NCBI GenBank assembly: GCA_050949055.1
Contig: JBMNFA010000001.1
Span: 11,116-75,115, forward strand
DNA: 64,000 nt
Direction: 5' to 3'
DNA from: Bacillota bacterium
GTDB taxonomy: Bacteria > Bacillota > UBA994 > UBA5500
Shown here: positions 31,004 through 41,652 of the stretch, piece after piece
Layout of the letters: each line of letters begins with the position of its first letter
How positions within the stretch are numbered: the first letter of the stretch is position 1
Translations under genes and position numbers: made by a program
Notes under the pieces: model-generated
Told to the model about the DNA's origin: nothing
Seen by the model: the letters and a program-made list of their open reading frames with translations, nothing else
Database searches by the model: none

Positions 31004-33193
31004 TTGAAGCGTCGTCTGTGCCTATTCCTGTTGGTGACCATTCTGACCACTGCCTTGGTCCCTGGCTTAGCTGCAGCCGAAAGCCGAATCTCGTTGACAG
31101 AGGCCATTTTGTTAGCCAAACAGGCCTTCCCCGATCTGGAGGATACCGACGAGTTTGAGTTCACCAGCAACTATGCCGATAGCTCTGGTCAGGGGGTCTG
31201 GTACCTGAACTGGTACAACTATCAGGCAGAACAGCGGGCAGAGGTGAATGTTCAGGTCAATGCCTCTACCGGTGAGATCATCCAGTTCAACAAGTGGCAG
31301 GAATCTGACCCGAATCAGGTCTATTCGCCCTTGCCTAAGCTGGACCAGCGAGAGGCTCTTAACATTGCCCAACGCTTCCTCCGGGGTCTGATTCCGGAGA
31401 AGTTCGCCCAATGCTTGTACCAGGAGTCAGCTCCTCCGCGCCCTTACCTGCGCGAGCGCACCTGGCAACAGTCCTATTCTTTCCAATTTGTGCGGCAAGT
31501 AAATGGTATCCCGGCCCCGGCCAATTACATTTCCATCACTGTCAATGGGGACACCGGTGAGATCCTGTCCTACCACCTCAGCTGGAACGACCTGGACTTC
31601 CCGACGCCGGAAGGGATCATCACTGCTGAAGAAGCTACTGAAGCGTTGGCAGAGCAGGGGGAACTGGAACTGCAATATTTCTGGCCGTACGTACAGCGCG
31701 GCGAGGAGGCTGCTCCCGTGTTGGCCTACTCTTATCCCGGCATCAACAACGCCTATGTTGATGCACACACCGGTGAGCTGCATAGCGGCTACTACTATTT
31801 AGATGATAAGCGCCAGGCGGCTGCGCCAGAGGCTGTTGCCGACGCGGATGGCCTCAGCCCGCAGGAGTTGGCCGAGGTGGAGCACGTGGCTGGCCTGCTC
31901 ACCCAGCAAGAAGCGGAATCACAGGCTCGCCAATTGGTTTCTGTTCCGGAGCACCTGGAGTTGCAGGGAGCCAATCTCTATAGAGATGGCAGATTTCCTG
32001 AGCTCCGCACCTGGCAGCTCTACTTCTACAGTCAGTACGAGGGAGAAGAAAGGAATTACGAATACTATCACGTACGCATCGACGCCAAGACCGGGGAGCT
32101 GTACGGCCTGAGGCACTACTGGCCCCATGACAACGACATTAAAGTCGGTACCCTCACCCCAGAACAGGCCAAGAATGTGGCTGACGCCTTCATGCAGCAG
32201 TACAACCCGGATAAGGCTGCCCAAGTGAAGCTGCAGGACATGCCGACCAAGGACGAAGAAGAGGAGAACGCACTCTATTACTCGTTCCACTATCGCCGGA
32301 TGGTCAACGATATCCCCTTCGTCGACAACTACATCACCGTGACGGTGAAGGGCGAAGACCAGGGGATAGTCACAGACTACAATGTGCGTTGGGTGGAAAC
32401 GGAATTTCCGAGCCCGGACATCGCGCTTTCTCAGGGGGATGCCTATGAGCAGTTGGTCGCTTCCTACCCCTGGAAGCAGGAATACCGCCTGGTCAGCGAA
32501 CCTGTAACCTACGACGAAGCAGGTAGATACGTCCAGCCCAAGCTGATTGCTTTGCTCACCTATCGCTTGGAGAACGTTCCCAGCACTCGCTTTACTCCAG
32601 ACCAGATGCTGCCGATGGATTATCGCGGCGAAGTGATCAAAGTTGAAGAGGCGGTGTTGCCGCAGGACGTGGATGGCATCCCTGGCGCTGCCGATATCAT
32701 CTTTCTCAGTCAAGTGGGCATCATTCAGCTGGAAAACGGCATGTTCTACCCACAGCGCGAGATCACCGTCGGTGAATGGTTGGAGATGCTCTCACGGGCT
32801 TGTGGCTGGAGTACGGGCCCGATCATCATCCTGCCGCGCTGGGCAGAAGCTGCTGCCGACGGTCCTAACGCGGCCGCCGCTCAGGCTGCCATCTCCGCCG
32901 GGCTGATTCTCCCAGGAGAGAATTTGGACATGAGCAAGCTGCTCACGCGAGAAGAGCTGGCCGTGTTCGCCGTGCGCGCCCTCGGACATGAGCAAGTGGC
33001 TGCCATTCCGGGCATCTTCCATTTGGATTGCCTGGATGCCGATCAGGTGACTTCTTCCCGCCTAGGCCATGTGGCCATCGCTCGCGGCCTGGGCATCCTG
33101 GTGGGAGAGCCCAACTACTACCGGCCGCAGGCAACCTCCACCAAGGCCACCTGCGCCACCGTATTGATGCGCATGCTGCGCCTCGAGCGCTAG
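31004..33193 (+). CDS. Secreted YcdB/YcdC-like repeat protein with C-terminal SLH-like domains
   Basis: Signal peptide, repeated F.R.VNGIP / DA.TGE motifs, FYPQREIT, LTREE, YRPQATST. Confidence 0.8.
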   Translation: MKRRLCLFLLVTILTTALVPGLAAAESRISLTEAILLAKQAFPDLEDTDEFEFTSNYADSSGQGVWYLNWYNYQAEQRAEVNVQVNASTGEIIQFNKWQESDPNQVYSPLPKLDQREALNIAQRFLRGLIPEKFAQCLYQESAPPRPYLRERTWQQSYSFQFVRQVNGIPAPANYISITVNGDTGEILSYHLSWNDLDFPTPEGIITAEEATEALAEQGELELQYFWPYVQRGEEAAPVLAYSYPGINNAYVDAHTGELHSGYYYLDDKRQAAAPEAVADADGLSPQELAEVEHVAGLLTQQEAESQARQLVSVPEHLELQGANLYRDGRFPELRTWQLYFYSQYEGEERNYEYYHVRIDAKTGELYGLRHYWPHDNDIKVGTLTPEQAKNVADAFMQQYNPDKAAQVKLQDMPTKDEEEENALYYSFHYRRMVNDIPFVDNYITVTVKGEDQGIVTDYNVRWVETEFPSPDIALSQGDAYEQLVASYPWKQEYRLVSEPVTYDEAGRYVQPKLIALLTYRLENVPSTRFTPDQMLPMDYRGEVIKVEEAVLPQDVDGIPGAADIIFLSQVGIIQLENGMFYPQREITVGEWLEMLSRACGWSTGPIIILPRWAEAAADGPNAAAAQAAISAGLILPGENLDMSKLLTREELAVFAVRALGHEQVAAIPGIFHLDCLDADQVTSSRLGHVAIARGLGILVGEPNYYRPQATSTKATCATVLMRMLRLER

Positions 33194-33655
33194 CCTCCCC
33201 CCAACCACCCCAGAGCCAGGCAACCCATGCCTGGCTCTTTCCCATGTTAAGGATACAGCGGGACGTGTACCTCGTATCCTTCGGTATTCGAAACATGCCC
33301 GAAAACCTCGACTTCAGAGAACGCTCAGGGAGGCAGTAGGTGCCATCGTTCAGACCCTGGGCAGTTCCAGTCGCTCAATCTTAGGGATTGGCTCCATACC
33401 GTCGCGCTGAGATATCACAAACACTACGCAGGCTGCTGAAAATTCCTTCGTTGCCCCAGATGACGGCATCAGCAAGCTCCTTCATAGGGCTGAAATCGTC
33501 CGTTATCTTAGTGGGCAACCGGCTTCTGCCCTTTGGTTCTGTCTGCTTAAATCGCCTGGGCATGTAGGAGTTCCACCTTTGACGGCGAAGGAGATATATA
33601 GGAAAAGCTAGGCTTAGCCCAGACTCTACAGGCCGATAGGAGAGGGGAGAAGGGG

Positions 33656-34372
33656 TTGACGGTGCAGGTCTTTGCTTGCGAGATCGAGGGCGAGATGGGC
33701 TTGGATGTGGCCATCACAGACCCCAACGCTACTGTTTTCGACCTGCTGGCGGCCATGCAATGGGCCACCGACGATCCGCGGATTGTGAAGCCCTTTCACC
33801 GCCAGCGCTACGCCAGGTGCGAGGCTTGCGTCAACAACTGCTGCAAGCACAACTACATCACGCCAGACTTAGTTTCGGCAAACGCTTTGGCTGCACATTT
33901 GGGCATGGATTTGAGCAGGTTTGCCCATAAATATCTCTGTCTCAGCCCCGATGTGCCTTACCCGGAGTTCAAGCACCGGCCTTGTCCTTTCTTGATCGCC
34001 AACCGCTGCAGCGTCTACGAGCATCGATCGCTGATCTGCCGCCTGTACCTATGTACCCCGATGAGCGACCGGCTGGAGCAGTTGCGCGCCGCTGTCTCAT
34101 TTGCGGGGGAAGCGGCACTGAAGCAACAGCTGCTGCAATTGGGGCTGGGCCCGCCCACCTGGTCAGCAAGACTGGAGCGACAGACCTTGCGTCAGCGCCT
34201 GCAGCGAGACGAAATCTCTCAACAGCAGTGGCGGGAGCGATCGGAACAACTGGGGATTCTCTGGGAGCATAACCCCTTCCTGCCGGGGCAGAGCTATCAG
34301 GATGTCCGCCTGGCGGACTGCTGCACCGATTTTCTCTGGCAGCAGTTAACCAGCGATAACAGGATATCCTAA
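33656..34372 (+). CDS. YkgJ-family cysteine-cluster protein
   Basis: CEACVNNCC, CPFL, CSVYEHRSLICRLY. Confidence 0.85.
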   Translation: MTVQVFACEIEGEMGLDVAITDPNATVFDLLAAMQWATDDPRIVKPFHRQRYARCEACVNNCCKHNYITPDLVSANALAAHLGMDLSRFAHKYLCLSPDVPYPEFKHRPCPFLIANRCSVYEHRSLICRLYLCTPMSDRLEQLRAAVSFAGEAALKQQLLQLGLGPPTWSARLERQTLRQRLQRDEISQQQWRERSEQLGILWEHNPFLPGQSYQDVRLADCCTDFLWQQLTSDNRIS

Positions 34373-34514
34373 GGATGTCTGCATGCAACATCCTGTGCGT
34401 GCGGCCAGTCAATTTGCCGGACCGGGCAGGAAAACCCTTGCAGTTGTCTAAATATCTTACTGTGTAGAATAGGACAGGTTAGTTAACTAAAGTTTGTCAG
34501 ATGAGGTGAGTTTC

Positions 34515-35564
34515 ATGTGGAGCGGTTTGCTCCAACGTTATGCAGATCTGCTACCCGTCGGGCCAGATACCCCCGTCGTCACGTTGCACGAAGGAAACAC
34601 CCCGCTAATTCCACTGACCAGGCTCAGCCGCGACCTGCCCGGGTTAAATATCTTCGCCAAGTATGAAGGAGCCAATCCCACCGGCTCTTTCAAGGATCGG
34701 GGCATGACCTTGGCGGTGAGCAAAGCGAAAGAAGCCGGGGCCAGGGCTGTGATCTGCGCGTCCACCGGCAACACCTCGGCCTCTGCCGCAGCTTACGCGG
34801 CTAGAGCCCAGCTGGACTGTGTGGTGCTGATTCCGGAAGGCAAGATCGCCCTAGGCAAGCTGGCCCAGGCGGTGCATTATGGCGCCAAAGTGATCGCCAT
34901 CCAGGGGAATTTCGATCAGGCTCTGGCCATCGCCCGCGAGATTGTGCAGGATGAGCCGTTGACCCTGGTCAACTCGGTCAATCCCTACCGCATTATCGGT
35001 CAACAGACAGCCGCTTGGGAGGTGCTGGAGCAGCTGGGCACAGCGCCGGATTTCTTGGCCATCCCAGTAGGCAACGCCGGCAACATCACCGCCTATTGGA
35101 GGGGCTTCCGCTCGGCCCAGCAACGCTCTGGCAGCAGTCTGCCGCGCATGTTGGGCTTTGAGGCCTGGGGCTCGGCAGCCATCGTGCGAGGCCAGCCTAT
35201 TCTGCAGCCCGAGACCATAGCCACCGCCATCCGCATCGGCAATCCGGCCAGTTGGCAAACAGCCGTGGAGGCGGCCGAACAGTCCGCTGGCTTAATCGAC
35301 GCGGTCAGCGATGAGGAAATCCTAGCTGCCTATCGCCAACTGGCACGCCACGAGGGCATCTTCTGTGAGCCCGCCTCTGCAGCCTCCTTAGCTGGCGTGA
35401 TCAAGCTTTATCACCAGGGCTACTTCCGGCAGCAGTCAGCGACAGTGGTCTGCGTGCTTACCGGCAACGGTTTGAAGGACCCAGATAACGCCGTCGCCGG
35501 GGCAAGTGCCCCGATCAGGGTTGCTGCCGAGAAGGCGGCCATCCTGGCAGCCATCAAGGAGTGA
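34515..35564 (+). CDS. thrC: Threonine synthase
   Basis: [37 protein letters not shown]. Confidence 0.95.
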   Translation: MWSGLLQRYADLLPVGPDTPVVTLHEGNTPLIPLTRLSRDLPGLNIFAKYEGANPTGSFKDRGMTLAVSKAKEAGARAVICASTGNTSASAAAYAARAQLDCVVLIPEGKIALGKLAQAVHYGAKVIAIQGNFDQALAIAREIVQDEPLTLVNSVNPYRIIGQQTAAWEVLEQLGTAPDFLAIPVGNAGNITAYWRGFRSAQQRSGSSLPRMLGFEAWGSAAIVRGQPILQPETIATAIRIGNPASWQTAVEAAEQSAGLIDAVSDEEILAAYRQLARHEGIFCEPASAASLAGVIKLYHQGYFRQQSATVVCVLTGNGLKDPDNAVAGASAPIRVAAEKAAILAAIKE

Positions 35565-35567
35565 GCG

Positions 35568-36518
35568 ATGGGGCCAGATTCCGCTTGCTGGCAGCCCGTT
35601 AACGAGGACTCATCCTACTGGGAAGTGACTGTCCCAGCCACCAGCGCCAATCTGGGGCCTGGCTTTGATTGTCTCGGCCTCGCCCTCAACCTGCATAACC
35701 GCATCTGGGCAAAACCGTCTGAACGGCTTCGTTTCCGGGTGCTGGGGGAGGGGCGGGGGGAATTACCGGAAGACAGCAGCAACCTGGTTTGGAGAGCGGC
35801 CCAGCATTTGTTTGAGCAGGTAGGCTATTCGCCGCCGCCCTTGTCCATAGTAATGAAAAATGATATTCCTACCAGCCGCGGTTTGGGCAGCAGCTCGGCA
35901 GCTATCGTCGGCGGCCTGCTGTTGGCCAATCAGTTGGTGCCGACGCCGCTGACCGAGCAGCAGTTGCTCGATTTGGCCACCCAGCTGGAAGGCCACCCCG
36001 ACAACGTGGTGCCAGCCATGTTGGGCGGAATGGTGGTCAGCGCAACCACCAGCCAGCAGGTAGTCGCTTTGTCCTTTCCTTTCCCGCAGGAGCTGCAGTT
36101 GGTGGCCTGCATTCCCAACTTTCGCCTGTCCACCAGTCTGGCTCGGCAGGTGCTGCCCAGTCAGGTCAACCATGGCGACGCTACTTTTAACGCTTCCCGG
36201 ATTGCGCTGCTGCTGGCCGCTCTGCTGCAGCGGCGATATGATCTGCTGGCGATGGCGGCTGAGGACCGCCTGCACCAGCCCTATCGCTTGGGCTTGATTC
36301 CAGGCGGCGCTGCAGCCTGCCAGGCAGCGCGGCAGGCAGGGGCAGCTGCAGCCATGATCTCCGGCGCTGGACCCACCCTATTAGCCATCGTTCCACCCGG
36401 GGTGGCGGCCGCCGCAGTAGGGCAGCAAATGGCGAGCAGTCTGCTGGCATCCGGGGTGAGCGCTACCTATAAACTATTACAGCTGGATCTGCAGGGAGCA
36501 GTGGCTAGGACACTGTGA
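35568..36518 (+). CDS. thrB: Homoserine kinase
   Basis: PATSANLGPGFD, RGLGSSS, EGHPDN, LHQPYR, ISGAGPT. Confidence 0.96.
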   Translation: MGPDSACWQPVNEDSSYWEVTVPATSANLGPGFDCLGLALNLHNRIWAKPSERLRFRVLGEGRGELPEDSSNLVWRAAQHLFEQVGYSPPPLSIVMKNDIPTSRGLGSSSAAIVGGLLLANQLVPTPLTEQQLLDLATQLEGHPDNVVPAMLGGMVVSATTSQQVVALSFPFPQELQLVACIPNFRLSTSLARQVLPSQVNHGDATFNASRIALLLAALLQRRYDLLAMAAEDRLHQPYRLGLIPGGAAACQAARQAGAAAAMISGAGPTLLAIVPPGVAAAAVGQQMASSLLASGVSATYKLLQLDLQGAVARTL

Positions 36519-36574
36519 CTGTTGCCACCCTGCATTCTGTCTGGAAAACACAATTTTGAAGGGAGTTTTGCAGC

Positions 36575-37747
36575 TTGAACAAGGAAAAGATCTGGAGTGC
36601 CATTGATGTTGTAGCCGACCGCCTCTATCAGATCAGTGACTGGATGTACCACCACCCTGAAATCGGGCATCAGGAAAGGGAAGCAGCCAAACTGTTGGCA
36701 GGCGAACTGGAGCGTCACGGCTTCACAGTCACGACCCCCTTCGCCACCATGGAGACGGCATTCAAGGCTGTCTATCGTGGCGGGGACGGTCCTACCATCG
36801 CCATCGTGGCCGAATATGATGCTTTGCCCGGCCTTGGTCACGGCTGCGGACACAACATTATCGGGACCAGCGCCATCGGTGCGGCTATCGGTTTGAAGGA
36901 AGGCTGGCCGGAATTCCCTGGCACTCTGGTCGTTTTTGGAGCTCCGGCAGAAGAAGGAGCGGTGGACAACGCCGGCGGTAAGGTAATCCTGGTGGAGAAC
37001 GGTGCCTTCGCAGGCGTGGACGCAGCGATGATGATCCATCCTTCTAACCGCAGCGCCCTCGGCGGCACTTCCAACGCCCGGGAAGCGATGGAGATCACCT
37101 TCAAGGGCCGACCTGCCCATGCTGCCGGTGCACCCCACGAGGGCATCAATGCGCTTGACGCCGCCATCCAGACCTTCAACGGCTTCAATGCTCTGCGCCA
37201 GCATGTAAAGTCGGATGTGCGCATCCATGGCATCATCGCGGAAGGCGGCGTGGCCCCCAACATCGTGCCCGAGCGGGCGGTGATTCGCATGTATGTGCGA
37301 GCCGCGCAGGCATCCTATCTGAGCGAAGTGGTGGAGAAGGTGAAGAACTGCGCCCGCGCCGGCGCTATGGCGGCCGGTGCTACGGTTGAGTTCCGGCAAA
37401 CCGCCAACACCTATAAGAATATGATCAACAACTGCACATTGAGTTGTGTGTTCAAGAGAAATCTGGAAGCGTTAGGCGAAGAGGTGCTGCCGGCTGGAGC
37501 TGGTGCAGGTTCCACCGATATGGCCAATGTCAGCCACGTGGTTCCGTCCATTCACCCCTATATCGGGATATCCAGCCAGAAGATTGTGGGGCACAGCCAA
37601 GGTATGGCCGACGCCACCATCTCAGAAGAAGGCCATCGGGGCCTTTTGCTGGGAGCGAAGTCGCTGGCTGCCACGGCGGCAGAGTTGTTTGCGGATGCAG
37701 ACCTCTTGGCCAGGGTGAAGAAGGAGTTCTCCGAGGCTGCCAAGTAG
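36575..37747 (+). CDS. M20-family amidohydrolase
   Basis: HPE, EYDALP, HGCGHN, PAEE, AHA, GSTD. Confidence 0.92.
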   Translation: MNKEKIWSAIDVVADRLYQISDWMYHHPEIGHQEREAAKLLAGELERHGFTVTTPFATMETAFKAVYRGGDGPTIAIVAEYDALPGLGHGCGHNIIGTSAIGAAIGLKEGWPEFPGTLVVFGAPAEEGAVDNAGGKVILVENGAFAGVDAAMMIHPSNRSALGGTSNAREAMEITFKGRPAHAAGAPHEGINALDAAIQTFNGFNALRQHVKSDVRIHGIIAEGGVAPNIVPERAVIRMYVRAAQASYLSEVVEKVKNCARAGAMAAGATVEFRQTANTYKNMINNCTLSCVFKRNLEALGEEVLPAGAGAGSTDMANVSHVVPSIHPYIGISSQKIVGHSQGMADATISEEGHRGLLLGAKSLAATAAELFADADLLARVKKEFSEAAK

Positions 37748-37853
37748 TCGCCGCTCAGTCACTGCCCCTTGGTCTGTCCCTAAGCTCCACCACAGGAGTT
37801 GCCGGCAGAGACCAAGGGGCTTCCTACTGAATATTGTTTTCAGGAGGCAACAT

Positions 37854-38934
37854 ATGCAGAAGAGATCGGCCCACGAGATGATCAGGCAGGAGGTGAGGGA
37901 GCTCTGCAGCTCGGCGGAAGTGTCTGACCGGGGTCTTCCGGCCAGGCTGCTGGCTAACGAGAGCAGCCTCAATCCCACCTGGTTGCTGATGGAGGCACTG
38001 CAGCAGGCCGAGGCTCTGGAGCCGAACCGCTATTGGCTGCCAGAGGTGAGCACCGGCCTGCTGAGGGCTTTGTCTGAGTACTGCGGCCTGCCCGAGAACC
38101 AGATACTGTTGGGTAATGGGGCTGACGAGCTGATCCAGGCCACGCTGCTCGCATTCCTGCGGCCAGGAGACAGCGTAATCTTGCCCTGGCCCTCCTATCC
38201 GATGTATCCCTATCTGGCTAGGGTGCTGGGGATGAACCCGCTACAGGTGCCGCTTAGGGAAGACTGGTCGCTGCCTGTGCAGAGGATTGCCCAGTTAGCA
38301 GCGGAAAGCAAGGCACCGCTGATCATCCTGGCCAATCCCAACAACCCCACCGGCAACCTCTGGCCACAGGAGGACTTGCTGTGGCTGCTGCGCCATACCG
38401 GATGCATTCTGGTGGTTGATGAGGCCTATTACGAGTTTTGCGGGCAAACGGCGGCCGGTTTGCTGCAGCAGCAGGACCGCCTGATTATCTGGCGCACCTT
38501 TTCCAAAGCCTTTTCGCTGGCGGGCATGCGCATCGGCTACCTACTGGCGCAGCCCCAATTGGTGTCTCGAGCTGAACAAAGTGAAGCTGCCCTTTAACAT
38601 ATCTAACCTCTCCCAATGGATGGCTGAAGCGGCGCTCAAACACCGGGCGATCTTTGCGGAACAGGTGCAGCGGACGGTGTCGGAGCGGGAGCGAGTGCTC
38701 AGTGCTTTGCAGCAGCTGCCAGGCATCGAGGTATTCCCATCAGTGACCAATTTCCTGCTCTTTCGCACCGGCGCGTCACCAGACGAGCTACACGCCAGGC
38801 TGTATCAGCGGGGGGTTTCGCTGCGGCAGGTGGCTGCTCTGTCACCGCTGCTGTCGGGGTGCCTGCGGGCATCTATAGGGGCACCGGAAGAGAATGATCT
38901 GTTTCTGGAGCAGCTGAAGCAATGCCTGGAGTGA
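37854..38934 (+). CDS. hisC: Histidinol-phosphate aminotransferase-like PLP enzyme, frameshifted near 38566
   Basis: ANES, GNGADE, NPNNPTG, VDEAY, RTFSKAFSLAGMRIGY. The C-terminus (PFN, PSVTNF, LRASIG) lies in ORF 38581-38934. Confidence 0.75.
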
Positions 38935-39080
38935 ACTCAGGGGGCGCATGCCTTGTACCGCCAGCCGGGGCAAGACATCGCGTTCCCCTGGTTTTCTGCC
39001 GAAAACTAAGCACACTCCGGCGTAACTTTATTGTCCGCGGCGCGTAATAGTCAACAAAGGAGCGACAAGGAGGTGGATAC

Positions 39081-39515
39081 ATGCCAGACTGGGCAATCTG
39101 GATACTGGTAGGGCTGGCTTTCGGGGTGTTGGAGATGGTCTCTGTGGCGTTCTTCGCGGCTCTGTTCGCGCTCGGAGCAGTAGTAGCGTCCTTGTTTGCC
39201 GTGTTTACCGACAGTTGGCCGTTGCAGGCCATCGTGTTCACTGCGTCCTCGGTGGTCTTCATGTGGCTATTGCGTCCCTATTTGGTCAACATCTATGGCG
39301 GGGAGCGCAAGCACACCGGAGCCGAACGGGTGATCGGAACGGTAGGCATCGTGGTGCAAGAGATAGACAACCTCCAAGGTGTCGGACAGATTAGGGCCAA
39401 CGGGGAAATCTGGACCGCCCGCAGCAGCGATGGAGTTCCGATTGCCGCCGGAACGCGGGTGGTAATTAAGCGGATCGAAGGGGTAAAAGCCATCGTCGAG
39501 GAACAGGTAGAATAG
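39081..39515 (+). CDS. NfeD-like protein
   Basis: N-terminal TMs, G..GEIWTARS, adjacent SPFH gene. Confidence 0.9.
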   Translation: MPDWAIWILVGLAFGVLEMVSVAFFAALFALGAVVASLFAVFTDSWPLQAIVFTASSVVFMWLLRPYLVNIYGGERKHTGAERVIGTVGIVVQEIDNLQGVGQIRANGEIWTARSSDGVPIAAGTRVVIKRIEGVKAIVEEQVE

Positions 39516-39534
39516 AAAAGGGAGGAATGTAGCG

Positions 39535-40527
39535 ATGATTTTGGACGATCCAGGCAGCTTGATCGGTCTTGTACTGACGGTGTTTGTGGGCCTCTTTGTA
39601 CTGGCGACGGTAATCTCGGCTATCCGGGTGGTGCGGCAATCCACCCAGGTGGTTGTGGAGAGGCTCGGACGGTATCACAAGGTGATGCATAGCGGTCTCA
39701 ATTTCCTGGTACCTTTCATTGACCATGTGCGTGCCATCGTGGACATGCGGGAGCAAGTGGTCGACTTCCCGCCGCAACCAGTGATCACCAAAGACAATGT
39801 GACCATGCAGATCGACACGGTGGTCTACTATCAGGTCACGGACGTGACCAAGTACGTCTACGAGATCTCCAACCCTAGGAGTGCCATCGAAAACATGACG
39901 GCGACCACCTTGCGTAACATCATCGGTGAGCTGGACCTGGACGAAACGCTCACCTCACGGGACATCGTCAACTCCAAATTGCGGGTGATTCTAGACGAAG
40001 CCACGGACAAATGGGGCATTAAGGTCAACCGGGTGGAATTGAAGAATATCATGCCGCCCAGAGATATCCAGGATGCGATGGAGAAGCAGATGCGAGCTGA
40101 GCGCGAGCGACGGGAGGCTATCCTGAAAGCCGAAGGGGAAAAACAAGCGGCGATCTTGACTGCCGAGGGTAGCAAGAGATCTGTTATCCTCCAGGCAGAA
40201 GCGAATCGCGAAAAGGAGATCTTGAAGGCAGAGGCGGAGAAGCAGCGCCGGATTCTGGAAGCCGATGGTCAAGCGGAGGCTATCCTCAGGGTGCAGCAAG
40301 CCACCGCTGAGGGCTTGAAGCTGATCAAGGCCGCCGGTCTGACACCGGAGTATTATGTGATGCTGCAAGGCATAGACGCCATGAAGGGCTTGGGCCAGAG
40401 CCCGAGCAGCAAGCTGGTTATCCCCACCGATGCCAGCAAGCTGCTGGGTGCGCTGCCGGCCATGGCGGAAGCGCTGGGCAAGAAGGCAGAATCAGCAACC
40501 AAGGTTGACGCACCAAGACAGGACTAA
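39535..40527 (+). CDS. SPFH/stomatin-like protein
   Basis: VVERLG, ITKDNV, WGIKVNRVE, QMRAERERR. Confidence 0.95.
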   Translation: MILDDPGSLIGLVLTVFVGLFVLATVISAIRVVRQSTQVVVERLGRYHKVMHSGLNFLVPFIDHVRAIVDMREQVVDFPPQPVITKDNVTMQIDTVVYYQVTDVTKYVYEISNPRSAIENMTATTLRNIIGELDLDETLTSRDIVNSKLRVILDEATDKWGIKVNRVELKNIMPPRDIQDAMEKQMRAERERREAILKAEGEKQAAILTAEGSKRSVILQAEANREKEILKAEAEKQRRILEADGQAEAILRVQQATAEGLKLIKAAGLTPEYYVMLQGIDAMKGLGQSPSSKLVIPTDASKLLGALPAMAEALGKKAESATKVDAPRQD

Positions 40528-40636
40528 TTGATCATCACTGGTCAGCGTAGGGCAGTCATCGCGGGCACGAACATGGCTCATGTTGTTTGGGATCCCTGCA
40601 CCCTGCGTTAGAATATAGCTAGGGGGGTGGGTAGCA

Positions 40637-41143
40637 ATGATCGACTCGGGTCACCTGCTGTTTATTCTGGAAGCTGTAATGGAACGAATACAAGCGGAAG
40701 ACTTGACACAGCAATTGCCTGCTTATAACCTATCCAAAACGCAGTACCGTGCTATTCGTTTCCTGCGACACAACGGCGGGTCGGAGCTGTTTCGGTTAGC
40801 CGAAGCACTGGAGATCAGCGCTCCGGCTGCCACCAAGCTGGCTGATCGCTTGGAGAAGGGTGGCTTCGTGCAGCGCGTCCCCTGCCAAGCGGATAAGCGC
40901 AGGGTCGATCTAGTGCTCACCGAACAGGCGGAAGACTGCCTTGATGCTTTGGAGCGGCGCACTGGCGCCGCCCTGGCCAAAGTATTTGCAGAGCTCACCG
41001 CTGATCAGCAGCAACAGTTGCTGACAGGAGCGGAGGCTTTCCTGAGGGCTGCACTGAAGTATCTGCCGGCGGAGAAGCTCTGTCAGTATTGCGGTGGCTT
41101 GCACACCAGCGACTGCCCCCTCAGCCAGGGCGAAGAGAAATAG
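40637..41143 (+). CDS. MarR-family regulator
   Basis: LAEALEISAPAATKLADRLE..DKRR, plus a C-terminal Cys/His motif. Confidence 0.9.
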   Translation: MIDSGHLLFILEAVMERIQAEDLTQQLPAYNLSKTQYRAIRFLRHNGGSELFRLAEALEISAPAATKLADRLEKGGFVQRVPCQADKRRVDLVLTEQAEDCLDALERRTGAALAKVFAELTADQQQQLLTGAEAFLRAALKYLPAEKLCQYCGGLHTSDCPLSQGEEK

Positions 41144-41652
41144 GCTAGAGCTGGGCTTTGCTTCGAAGGTGAAGATCGTGCGTGAATAGACGAGGGATCG
41201 GCTTGGCCGATCCCTCTTTTATGTTGAAAGAACCTGTCCTTCCGAGTGTAGCCAGCAAGCTAGATTCTGAAGGTGCGTGCGCCGAGTTCGCGCAGCGTCA
41301 GGATGGCGTCCTGCAACGCTGGGGTAAAGCCGCTTTCAGGAAGGATCGTGATTGTTGTGGAGCGATGACAGGAAGCGCACTGGTCATTCCCATATTGGCA
41401 CAACTCAGCGCTCAGCTCGCGCAGAGGGCGCATGGACTGGATTTGCAGCGGCTTGGGTTGGGACAGCAGGAAGCCGTGGTGTGATTAGCGCGAGGAGAGA
41501 GCACATTCAAGGGCGAGGAGAATAAAAAAAGACCGCCCGAAGACGATCGGGCGGCAGAAGAATAGGTGCTGGGGGGATACGGTAGAACAGTTGTCCTACT
41601 TGTCCCTATTGTACGCCTTTATCACGGCTCAGGCAAGCAATAGGTCGGCAAA

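Noticed and set aside
33200-33650. Short ORFs in the 450-bp intergenic region
   Set aside because: Weak RBS, no motifs, insufficient support.
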